A stretch of DNA of 62,991 nucleotides, filler included, from Deltaproteobacteria bacterium (GTDB taxonomy: Bacteria > JAEEML01), in NCBI GenBank assembly GCA_016283195.1. It is 3 parts of 3 records of this genome, joined end to end, with 100 filler letters (N's around TTAATTAATTAA, not from the genome) between each part and the next. Parts side by side here need not be neighbours in the genome. Positions count along the whole stretch, not along the records: positions 31,924 to 58,351 come from JAEEML010000093.1; 2 more parts are not named here. The stretch is one strand, 5' to 3'. A model generated the notes under the pieces. The model saw only the letters and a program-made list of their open reading frames with translations. It was not told where the DNA came from and did no database searches. This document shows positions 39,663-48,502 of this stretch, piece by piece. How positions within the stretch are numbered: the stretch's first letter is position 1; each line of letters begins with the position of its first letter. A program made the translations under genes and the position numbers.

Positions 39663-40256
39663 ATGAAGAAAATATTTTTCCAATTGACATCCCTCTATGC
39701 CCTGCTTTTTTTATTTGCAGCTTGCGGCGGCGCCCCCAAAGCCGGCCCCAAGGCCAATACTGCTCCATCTTATAGTGAAAGTGTGGCTATTTTTTACCCG
39801 CTCGCCGTGGGTTACAAGTGGACTTTTAAAGGCACTATGATTGGCATTGTAACCGAGCGCACAGTGCAAATTACCGGCCAGGAAGATGGCTATTACCTGG
39901 ATAACAGCGGCGGCGCTTTTAAGATAGATGCTTACGGCCTTTTGGATAAAAGCGGTCGCTATCTTCTGCGCGGCCCCTTGGCCAAAGGCACTACTTGGAT
40001 GAGCGTCCCTAATGTTTCTACTGTGGAACGCTATGAAATTGTCAGCGAAGGCAAAGAGGTCTCCACCCCGGCCGGCCTCTTCCGCGGCTGCCTGGAAGTT
40101 AAAAGCACCAGCAAATTAAATAACGGTGATATGTTAATAAATATCACCACTTTTGCTCCTAAAGTCGGCATTATTAAGATTCAGACTTTTGTGCAAAGCA
40201 AAACCAGTCGCCTGCCGCAAGTTGACCTCTCTCTTATTAATTACAGCACTTATTAA
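39663..40256 (+). CDS. Lipoprotein of unknown function
   Basis: MKK-hydrophobic-FAAC lipobox; FYPLAVGYKWTF...VSTPAGLF..C...FAPKVGII. Confidence 0.7.
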   Translation: MKKIFFQLTSLYALLFLFAACGGAPKAGPKANTAPSYSESVAIFYPLAVGYKWTFKGTMIGIVTERTVQITGQEDGYYLDNSGGAFKIDAYGLLDKSGRYLLRGPLAKGTTWMSVPNVSTVERYEIVSEGKEVSTPAGLFRGCLEVKSTSKLNNGDMLINITTFAPKVGIIKIQTFVQSKTSRLPQVDLSLINYSTY

Positions 40257-40277
40257 GTAAAGCGCCCAAAAGGAACG

Positions 40278-41603
40278 GTGGCTATGATACCAGATCTCTT
40301 TACCATCATCGCTGTCTCTTTGAGCGGCACCATGATTGCCGCTTTTTTGGCAGCTCTGCCCATTGGCAGCTCTATCCACATTTGCGGGCTTTTAATGCTC
40401 ATTTTGGCCAATATGTCGGCAGCCACCCTCATTTCCACCAATGCGGCCATTGCCTTAACCGTAGCTGTAGCCGTTGGCTACACCATGGGCAGCACCATTC
40501 CAGCGCTGGTCTTCCAGTGCACCGATGAAAGTTCTATTTATTTTCCGCCGCTCGGCAACCGCGTAGCCCAAGATGGCGAGCTGCATACGGCCGTTATGTA
40601 CACCGGCCTGGGTTCTCTCGCCGCCATTGCCATTTTACTGATCACTGCGCCCTTTGCCGCTATTTTGCTGCCCTCTTTGCACTGGTTTTATGACGAATAT
40701 CTCAACCTTATCCTCTCTCTCGTTCTGCTTTGCCTCATTCTTTCTTTAATTCAAGATAGTTTGCGCCAAAGCCACACCGGCCGGGGCAAAGATTCCGTGC
40801 GCCTTATTTCCGGCTTAATCACCATTATTTTAAGCGGCATTACCGGCTTTATTATTTACCACCACCCCATGACCACCGTAAACACCGCCGATATGCAGTT
40901 CACTCCTCTGTTTCTGGGGCTATGGGTTATTCCCTGGCTCATAAAAAATATCAATAATCGCCCGGCAGCTATTAAAAACCAGCCGAAAACGGTCAACTTT
41001 ACCTTAAACCCGAAAAAAACTGTTTTTGCCATTTTAAGCGGTTCTTTTATGGGCCTTGCCACTCTTATCACTGCCATTTCCGCTCCCTGCGCCATGGCTA
41101 TAGCCGGCTGGACACTCCTGCGCCGCGAGCGCCGCTTGCAATTAATCGGCCAGGCGGCAGCTCGCACCATGCTCATCGTGGGCGGCGCATTACTTATATT
41201 TGTGCCGGACAACCATTTACACCGCGGCCATTTCGGTTGGTTTTTTCAGCATGGGGCCACAGCTTTTTCGCCGGCTGATTTTACCATCGCTCTCTTTGCC
41301 ATGCTACTCGCCGCCGCCGTAACTTTTTATATGCTCTCACCAATGGCCACTATTGCCATTGCTTTTGTCCGTAGCTTTCCGCGCTACCTGATTCCGGCTA
41401 TTTCCGTTATTCTCATAATCATCTCCGTCAGCTTTGTTTTTGGCCTTAAAGGTCTCTTAATTTTAGTCATCGGGTCAGCTATAGGCGGCTTTGCTCTCTC
41501 TTTCGGCGCTAGGCGCACCAGCTGTCTGGGGGCGGTGCTCATTCCCCCGTTTTTGGATTTCATCGGTCTTGGCGAAGCATTGGCCCAAGCTCTGGGCATT
41601 TAA
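40278..41603 (+). CDS. Tripartite tricarboxylate transporter permease (TctA/DUF112)-like membrane protein
   Basis: Many TM helices; IPALVF..TDES, PLFLGLW.IP and IG......GARRTSCLG motifs. Confidence 0.55.
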   Translation: MAMIPDLFTIIAVSLSGTMIAAFLAALPIGSSIHICGLLMLILANMSAATLISTNAAIALTVAVAVGYTMGSTIPALVFQCTDESSIYFPPLGNRVAQDGELHTAVMYTGLGSLAAIAILLITAPFAAILLPSLHWFYDEYLNLILSLVLLCLILSLIQDSLRQSHTGRGKDSVRLISGLITIILSGITGFIIYHHPMTTVNTADMQFTPLFLGLWVIPWLIKNINNRPAAIKNQPKTVNFTLNPKKTVFAILSGSFMGLATLITAISAPCAMAIAGWTLLRRERRLQLIGQAAARTMLIVGGALLIFVPDNHLHRGHFGWFFQHGATAFSPADFTIALFAMLLAAAVTFYMLSPMATIAIAFVRSFPRYLIPAISVILIIISVSFVFGLKGLLILVIGSAIGGFALSFGARRTSCLGAVLIPPFLDFIGLGEALAQALGI

Positions 41604-41618
41604 ACAAATGGAGGACTT

Positions 41619-42566
41619 ATGCTTAAAGTCCGCAATATAACCAAACAATATGGCAATTTCACTGCTTTAAAAGATGTCTCTTTTGAGATAAAGCCGGGCG
41701 AAATTATCGGCCTTTTAGGCCCTAACGGCGCCGGCAAAACCACGCTCATTAAAATTCTCACCGGCTATTTTGAGCCCTCTGCCGGCAGCCTTGAAATAGG
41801 CGGATACGATGCACTAAAAGCGCGAGAAAAAATTAATAATCTCATTGGTTATTTACCGGAAAACGCCCCGCTTTACGGCGAGCTGAATGTCCAGGAGAGC
41901 CTGGTTTTAGCCGCCAAGATACATGGCCTCTTTGGCGCTCATTTAAAAGAACGCCTAACCTATGTGGTAGAAAAAACCGCTCTTTGGGAGATGTTAACCA
42001 GGCCGGTGGGTCAGCTTTCCAAAGGTTACCGCCAGCGCGTGGGCCTGGCCGCCGCCATCATTGCCGAACCCCGTTTTTTGATTCTCGATGAACCGACAAA
42101 CGGCCTCGACCCCACACAAATAAGCACCCTATTGCATTTTATTAAAGAACTGGCCGAAAATTGCACCGTATTATTATCAACCCACATTCTTCAACAAGTG
42201 GAAGAAGTTGCCGAGAGAGCTCTAATTTTAATGGGCGGCGAATTAAAGGCTGATTTAAGCCTCTACGACCTAGCCCAAGAAAATACTTTTAATATGTTGC
42301 TGGATAGCGCCTCTTTTTCGGCCGACGATTTGCAAAAATGCAAAAACATTCTTGAAAACATTAAAGAATTTAGTGTCACTTTTTCTGAAACTGCCGCCGA
42401 TGGGGGCTGGCATATTCGCGCTGCTGCCCCAGCCGATTGCCCCCTTGGCGAAAAACTCTACAACCTGGCCAGGCAAAATGATTGGCCATTAAGAGAACTC
42501 TACCGCGAGCGCCCTTCGCTGGAAGCGGTTTTTCGGGAAAAACTCATCGGCCGGAGCGCTTTATGA
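41619..42566 (+). CDS. ABC transporter ATP-binding protein (GldA-like)
   Basis: GPNGAGKTT, LSKGYRQRVGLA, LDEPTNGLDP and STHIL motifs. Confidence 0.92.
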   Translation: MLKVRNITKQYGNFTALKDVSFEIKPGEIIGLLGPNGAGKTTLIKILTGYFEPSAGSLEIGGYDALKAREKINNLIGYLPENAPLYGELNVQESLVLAAKIHGLFGAHLKERLTYVVEKTALWEMLTRPVGQLSKGYRQRVGLAAAIIAEPRFLILDEPTNGLDPTQISTLLHFIKELAENCTVLLSTHILQQVEEVAERALILMGGELKADLSLYDLAQENTFNMLLDSASFSADDLQKCKNILENIKEFSVTFSETAADGGWHIRAAAPADCPLGEKLYNLARQNDWPLRELYRERPSLEAVFREKLIGRSAL

Positions 42567-45385
42567 AAAAGACCTTAATAATTGCCAAAAAAGAATTTCT
42601 AAACATTTTATATTCCCCGAGCGCTATACTTTTCCTTTTACTCTTTTTGCTTATTAACCTGTTTTCCTTCTTCTATGTGGAAAATTTCTTTGGCCGCGGC
42701 GTGGCCGATATGCGCCCGTTTTTCAACCAAATGCCCGTTTTACTGCTCTTTTTGGCGGCCGCTTTTACTATGCGCCTTTGGGCCGGAGAGCGCGAGAGCG
42801 GCACTATTGAATTACTATTGACGCTGCCTGTTTCCGCCTTAGAGGTCGTCATTGGCAAATTCCTGGCCGGCCTGGCCCTGGTTAGCATAGCCATTTTGGC
42901 CACCTTGCCACTGCCGCTGATGGTCGCCGCCCTTGGCCCACTTGATACCGGGCCGCTTGTTAGCGGTTACCTGGGCACTTTACTCCTGGCTTCTTTTTAT
43001 CTCTCTCTCGGCCTTTTGGTCTCCGGAATTTGCCGCAATCAACTGCCGGCTCTTCTTTTAACTTGCACTTTGGGCGGCTTTTTTTGGCTTCTTGGCGAGC
43101 TGCCTCATTATTTTTCCTTGCCGCCGGCTTTAGATGCCTTCTGCCTGGCCATAGGCAGCGGCAGCCGCCTCGCCAATATGAAAAAAGGGCTCATCGATCT
43201 GCGCGATATTATTTACTATCTTTCTTTTACAGCCCTCTTTTTAAGCCTTAATGTTTTTTCCATCCAAAAAAGCGCTTGGAGTTATAAAAAAGCGCTTCTG
43301 AGCCATCGCCGTAAAGTCATAACAATGGCCCTTATCATCCTCAATATCATAGCTATAAATATTCTCTTTTACCCCATAAAAAGCCTAAGGGCCGATATAA
43401 CGGAATGGCGGGAATATTCCCTCTCTTTAGGCACCAAAAAACTCCTCGAAAGAGCCGAAGAGCCGCTCTTAATTCGCGGTTATTTTTCCCAAAAAACCCA
43501 CCCGCTCTTGGAGCCGCTTTTACCGCAAATAGAGGATTTCCTTGATGAATTTAAACTAATCAATCAGGATTTCGTGCAAGTTGAATTTATAGACCCGGCG
43601 CAAAATCCGCAGGCAGAAGAAGAAGCGCAAAATGTCTATGGTATTCGCAGCCTGCCCTTCCGCTTTGCCTCGCGTTACAGCGATTCGCTGGTAAGCGCCT
43701 ATTTTCATATACTAATTCGCTACGGCGATGCTTATGAAGTGCTCGATTTCAATCAATTGGTGCAAGTGGAGCAGAGCTTGCAAAACGGCACCCAAATAGG
43801 TCTGCATAATTTGGAATACCAAATTGCCGGAGCCATCAAAAAGAGTATCAAGAGTTTTAACAGCCTGGAAAATATCTGCCAAAAGCTCTCTGATTCCGTC
43901 TCCTTAATATTACTGAGCTCACCGGAAACACTGCCCGCCGAACTGGCGCCAATTCTCACTATCAGCCAAAAAGTGGCCGGCGAATTAGTTGAGCGCTGCG
44001 GCGGCACAGTCACCTTTTCGGAGGTTAATCCTTACGACAAAGATAGCGGCATCACTCCGCAGGCTCTTTATGATAATTACAATTTGCGCCCGCTGCGTCT
44101 GGGAGATAACCAGCCATTTTTCTTCCATTTTTTAATAACAGGTGCCAACTGGCACGAAGTTTTGACGCTCAGTGATTTTCAGCAAATGAATGCTCTAAAG
44201 CGCGAAATTACCAATGTTTTAAAGAAAAAAACTCCGGCCTTTCTGCGCCACATTGCCATTATTAAAAATATGCGCTCCGGACAACAGGCGGGAGCTAAAA
44301 ATTATAACGCCATTCTTAATAAATTGGCCAAAAGCTATGCTGTAGAGCTGATTCCGCCGCCTAAATTGAAGGTGCCCTTAAATATTGATGTCGTCATCTG
44401 GCCGGAGCCGGAAGAGGTAACGGCGGAAACAGCGCTCGCCCTTGATCAATTCTTAATGCGCGGCGGCACGCTCATCATGAGCGGCGGCAATTACCATTTT
44501 AGCCCGGAACTTAACGGCGGCTTAACTGTGCAAAAGCGCCTCTTTCCGCTGGCCGGGCAACTGGCCCATTATGGCGTTGCCTCGGCCGACAGCGTGGTTC
44601 TTGATGTGCAAAATTCCTCTTTCCCGGTGCCCACCGTGCGCAAGGTCGGCGACTTAGAACTAAACGAAATGCAACTGGCACCTTATCCGCCATTTGTTTT
44701 GGTGAGAGGTAGCGGTTTAAGCCGTGAAAACCCGGCCACCGCCGCGCTCAATATCGCCGTTATGCCTTGGAGCAGCCCCATCGGTTGCCAAAAAAGTGTA
44801 GCCGGCGCCGCCACAAGCTGCCAAGTGCTTTTAAAAAGCTCGCCGCAAAGCTGGGAAGATGCCGACTTTAATGCCAATCCCAATTTTGCCGCCTTCCCGG
44901 AACTGGGCTTTGGCCCAAAAGATTATCCGCCGCAGGAACTCCCACTGGCTATTATGATAACCGGCCGTTTTTCCAGCTATTTTACGCCTGAGCGCTTAAA
45001 GGAAAAACAAATGGAAAACCTGCCATTTCCCATAATTTCCAAGGCCTCTCAGGAAGGCAAGCTAATTATTTTCGGCTCCAGCGCCTTTTTTGACGACCTG
45101 GTACTGGCCATCATCAAAGAGACCGGCGGCGCCTATCTCGCCAATTTACAGCTATTGCAGAATCTGGTGGACCTGGCTTTGGAAGATCCGGAACTTTTGG
45201 CTATTGGCAGCCACGAGCGCTTTGCCCGCCTCCTTATGCCCATGGAGCGCAAAGACAAAATACGCTGCGAGTTTATGCAATTTCTCTGGGCTTTTGTCAT
45301 TGCCTTTACCCTCTTTGCCTGGCTGAAAAACCGCCACAAAAAGCAAAAGCCGTTCATCACCAGGCCGGAGGCCAAAAATGCGTAA
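42563..45385 (+). CDS. Fused ABC permease (GldF-like) and GldG-family protein
   Basis: TMRLWAGERESGTIELLLTLP...GKF; DITEWREYSLS.GTK; LDQFLMRGG; NLVD motifs. ATG 42563 overlaps the ATPase stop. Confidence 0.85.
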   Translation: MKKTLIIAKKEFLNILYSPSAILFLLLFLLINLFSFFYVENFFGRGVADMRPFFNQMPVLLLFLAAAFTMRLWAGERESGTIELLLTLPVSALEVVIGKFLAGLALVSIAILATLPLPLMVAALGPLDTGPLVSGYLGTLLLASFYLSLGLLVSGICRNQLPALLLTCTLGGFFWLLGELPHYFSLPPALDAFCLAIGSGSRLANMKKGLIDLRDIIYYLSFTALFLSLNVFSIQKSAWSYKKALLSHRRKVITMALIILNIIAINILFYPIKSLRADITEWREYSLSLGTKKLLERAEEPLLIRGYFSQKTHPLLEPLLPQIEDFLDEFKLINQDFVQVEFIDPAQNPQAEEEAQNVYGIRSLPFRFASRYSDSLVSAYFHILIRYGDAYEVLDFNQLVQVEQSLQNGTQIGLHNLEYQIAGAIKKSIKSFNSLENICQKLSDSVSLILLSSPETLPAELAPILTISQKVAGELVERCGGTVTFSEVNPYDKDSGITPQALYDNYNLRPLRLGDNQPFFFHFLITGANWHEVLTLSDFQQMNALKREITNVLKKKTPAFLRHIAIIKNMRSGQQAGAKNYNAILNKLAKSYAVELIPPPKLKVPLNIDVVIWPEPEEVTAETALALDQFLMRGGTLIMSGGNYHFSPELNGGLTVQKRLFPLAGQLAHYGVASADSVVLDVQNSSFPVPTVRKVGDLELNEMQLAPYPPFVLVRGSGLSRENPATAALNIAVMPWSSPIGCQKSVAGAATSCQVLLKSSPQSWEDADFNANPNFAAFPELGFGPKDYPPQELPLAIMITGRFSSYFTPERLKEKQMENLPFPIISKASQEGKLIIFGSSAFFDDLVLAIIKETGGAYLANLQLLQNLVDLALEDPELLAIGSHERFARLLMPMERKDKIRCEFMQFLWAFVIAFTLFAWLKNRHKKQKPFITRPEAKNA

Positions 45386-46349
45386 TTTTACCAAAACACA
45401 CATTATTTTGCTTTCAGCTCTAATAATACAGCTCGCAGCCATAGCCGTTATTTATGGCAATGGCCATGAAAAGAAGCCCAATGCGGCAGAGAATTATTTA
45501 AAAACACTTTCTAAATGGTCTTATGACCGGCTGACACAAGTTTCAGTTAGTGATGAGCGCGGTAAAACCATCATCCTCACCAAAAATGATGCCGGCACCT
45601 GGGGGCTGCCCATTTGGGCCGATTACCCGCTTAATATGGATTTTTTCAGCAAAAATATCGAAACTCTATTAAATATGAATTCGCCCTATCTGGTGAGCCG
45701 TCAAAAAGAGCAGGAATATGAGCGCGAAGTGGCGGAAAACCATTTTCGGCGGCGCATTCAGCTCGTAAGTAAGGAGCGCGAATTAAATATTTATATCGGC
45801 AATGCCGGAAGCAGCTCCTATACCCATGTGCGCCTGGATGGTTCTCCGGAAATCTGGGGCGTTTTCGGCCTCAGCGAATGGCAATTTCCTACCGATCCCT
45901 GGGAATGGGCCGCCCATGAATATGTAAATATTGCTCCGGAAAAACTCACATATATAGCTTTGGACGGCACCAGTTTGGAGTGGGCAGTCAGCAAAACGGA
46001 AAACGGCACCTGGAATTGGCCGGGGCGCCTGGCAGTGATCAAAGCTCCGCCGAATCAGCAGGCAGTAGAGCAAATTATTAATGATCTCGCGAGCATAGAA
46101 ATGAGCACTCCCTTGGGGCCCATAACCACTGCCGACAATAAGGAGCGCTTAAATGATGCAGAGCTCATCACCATAACTCTTAGAGCCGGCGAAGGCACCA
46201 CCCTATTTTTGTGGCCTAATAAAGGCGATAAAAGCGGCGAGAGCAGCCTCCTTTACAGGCAGGGAGCCAGCCACCTGGTGGCTATCGACAACTGGCAGAT
46301 AAAGGCACTACTAGAGCTGATAGAAAAGGAGCGCGGGCAGCGGGATTAG
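45378..46349 (+). CDS. DUF4340-like protein
   Basis: N-terminal TM and two repeats of a W...YP/P...L..L module; usual position after GldG. Confidence 0.65.
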   Translation: MRNFTKTHIILLSALIIQLAAIAVIYGNGHEKKPNAAENYLKTLSKWSYDRLTQVSVSDERGKTIILTKNDAGTWGLPIWADYPLNMDFFSKNIETLLNMNSPYLVSRQKEQEYEREVAENHFRRRIQLVSKERELNIYIGNAGSSSYTHVRLDGSPEIWGVFGLSEWQFPTDPWEWAAHEYVNIAPEKLTYIALDGTSLEWAVSKTENGTWNWPGRLAVIKAPPNQQAVEQIINDLASIEMSTPLGPITTADNKERLNDAELITITLRAGEGTTLFLWPNKGDKSGESSLLYRQGASHLVAIDNWQIKALLELIEKERGQRD

Positions 46350-46525
46350 CTTTTCTTGCCTCTGCTATCGTTTGCTCTGGCTCGGTCACCAAGTGTTTTG
46401 TTTTTTCAGCGTTGGCCATCTCAGCTTGCGGCGCCCCCCGCCCCAGCATCACTTTCTTCTTGCCTCCATCCGCCAAAGCTGCTAGAAGCTGCCCCATAAC
46501 TTAAAAAAGCCACTAGGAGATTATC

Positions 46526-47171
46526 ATGGCTAATGAAGAACCTTATTCACAAGAAGAAATAATCCATTTAACCCCAGAGCAGCGTGCCACCATCACCGTC
46601 ACCAACGACTATGTTTTCCGCTGCCTGACCTCACCTCCTAAGTTATTGAATTTTTAGCTAAATCGCCCCTCCCCACAGTGGGGATGGGCCAATCTTCATG
46701 AATTTACAAATATTTTGTGGGGTGAGGTCGGAAATAGAGAGCAAAAAAGTTTTAACAGATGACCTGGGTTTCCATTTTCTGGAGCTCACAAAGCTTAAAG
46801 ATTGTGCTACTATTGATGGTGAGCTACGCGAGTGGCTCAATTTCTTCCGGCATGGGCACGAGGAGGATTATATGGTTAGCGGAGCTTATCAGGCGGTAGC
46901 CGATGCCAATAGCTGGTTTGAGAATTTTAAAGCCAATGACTATATGAGCAGCAAAGCCTTTCAAAGAGCCAAGCACCTGCGCGATGAGGCCGCTATTCGC
47001 AAAGCCGGCTGAGAAGATGGCCGGGAAGAAGGCCTAACAGAAGGTAGGGCAGAAGGTAGGGCAGAAGCAATGCTTGAGCTTGTAAAAAGTAAACTGCTTT
47101 CCGCCCCCGAAGCGGCGAGGCGTCTTGGCATCTCTGAGGCAGAGTTCAATAAACTCCTAGTGCGCTCATAA
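46526..47171 (+). pseudogene. Disrupted Rpn-family (PD-(D/E)XK nuclease/putative transposase) gene
   Basis: The N-terminal piece has NDYVF and then a stop. A middle piece reads TDDLGFHFLELTK...EWLNFF. An in-frame TGA at 47010-47012 precedes EDGREEG..EGRAEGRAE...AARRLGISE. Confidence 0.75.
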
Positions 47172-47365
47172 TAAATTTAACCACATTTTCATCTTGCGCT
47201 CCCTTCCCCGCCATGCTATCCCTCCCCTTGTTTTTGTTTGGCTTTTAAGAGTAGATACATGAAGTTCAGTTCATTCGCTTTATTTAAGCTTCGCACTTAT
47301 TCAACAAATCATCAATACATAATTTGCAATTTTCTTAATTATTTTGCTAATATAGGAGGTTTATC

Positions 47366-48265
47366 ATGAGCAATTTTACTAAAATCTGTCTTATTGTTTC
47401 TGCTCTTTCTCTCACCGCTTGCGGCGGCCATCAGCTGCGCGTCAAAGCCAACGCTGATGGCACCAGCAGCATAGTTTGCACCGACGGCTCGTCATACACC
47501 ATTCAAAGCACTAATAATGGTCAAGGTGACACTTCCCAGAAAGATTGTGCTGGAGGCTATTACGGTGAGCAATGCGAGAAGCAGTGTCCACTCAATAATA
47601 ACATTTATTGTTATGGTTATGGAAGCTGCCATGATGGCAAGCAGGGCACGGGTTGTGTATGCAATGTAGATTGGTTAAATGCAGATTGCAGCTTTATAAA
47701 ACCGGCATTTGGTTCTTTGGTAGATGATCGCAGCGGAGCAAGTGTTACTTATAAGACAATAAAAATCGGTGGTAAGCTTTGGATGGCCGAAAACCTGCGC
47801 TATGCTAACGGCACCAAGGGAACAGATTATTTTTCTGCTGATGGTAAGGCCGAAAACGATGAACAATATGGCTATTTATATACTTGGGATGCGGCAACAG
47901 ATGCTTGCCCCAGCGGCTGGAGACTACCAAGTAAAGATGATTTTGAAGAGTTATTAGATATAGTGTATCTAGCCAGAACCAGTACTTCAGAGACCCAGGC
48001 TCTTATGGCCCAAAGCCCGGATTGGGCCAATTATATTGAGGAGGAAGGTGGTGATGATTTCTCCTTTGGCGCCCTGCCCGCCGGCTACTACTACGGCGGC
48101 AATTACTACAGTTTCGGTTACTACGCCCGCTTCTGGTCGGCCACGGAGTACGAGTACCATAGCATCAACGCCTACATCCTGTACTTAGGTAATGGCGATG
48201 CTAATGTGGGCATCAGCTACAAGGATAGCGCCTCCTCCGTGCGTTGCCTCAAGGACTCTCCGTGA
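47366..48265 (+). CDS. FISUMP (Fibrobacter succinogenes major paralogous) domain lipoprotein with EGF-like modules; probable DGR target
   Basis: Lipobox LTAC; YKTIKIGGKLWMAENL, YGYLYTW, CPSGWRLPS, ALPAG, FWSAT and SVRCLKD motifs. Confidence 0.88.
   Translation: MSNFTKICLIVSALSLTACGGHQLRVKANADGTSSIVCTDGSSYTIQSTNNGQGDTSQKDCAGGYYGEQCEKQCPLNNNIYCYGYGSCHDGKQGTGCVCNVDWLNADCSFIKPAFGSLVDDRSGASVTYKTIKIGGKLWMAENLRYANGTKGTDYFSADGKAENDEQYGYLYTWDAATDACPSGWRLPSKDDFEELLDIVYLARTSTSETQALMAQSPDWANYIEEEGGDDFSFGALPAGYYYGGNYYSFGYYARFWSATEYEYHSINAYILYLGNGDANVGISYKDSASSVRCLKDSP
48068..48265 (+). other. Candidate DGR variable repeat (VR)
   Basis: NNC/NNT codons sit between invariant anchors. All 12 Tyr codons here are TAC, versus 12 TAT and 2 TAC in the rest of the gene. 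Confidence 0.7.
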
Positions 48266-48275
48266 GCAGGCGCCC

Positions 48276-48350
48276 GGACCTCTCCTCCTAACTCATTGGA
48301 ATTTTATGAAAATCGCCCCTCTCCCATGGAGGGAGGGGCTCCGCTTAAAG
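48276..48350 (+). repeat. 75-bp REP-like dispersed repeat, copy 1
   Basis: Reverse complement matches 57950-58024 with 8 mismatches in 75; internal imperfect hairpin at 48315-48339. Confidence 0.85.
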
Positions 48351-48502
48351 TATAACCATCTAAAATATATACCGCCACATTTTTGAGCCCCTCGCTGTTT
48401 GTAAAAACGGAGAGGGGCGAGCGGCAAAAATTGCTTCAGATTTTCGGGGTGAGGGCCATTTGGAAGAATAAAGAGAGGGCTGGGGTGAGGAACGCAGCGG
48501 GA

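Noticed and set aside
41619-45385. GldA/GldF/GldG-like genes as evidence of Bacteroidota-type gliding or T9SS
   Set aside because: This ABC module is widespread outside Bacteroidota, and no gldJ-N or spr genes are present here.
47010-47012. In-frame TGA as selenocysteine or recoding
   Set aside because: It falls in the low-complexity EGR-repeat tail of an already broken Rpn gene, where a CGA-to-TGA nonsense change is simpler. Other genes in the window use TGA as a normal stop.
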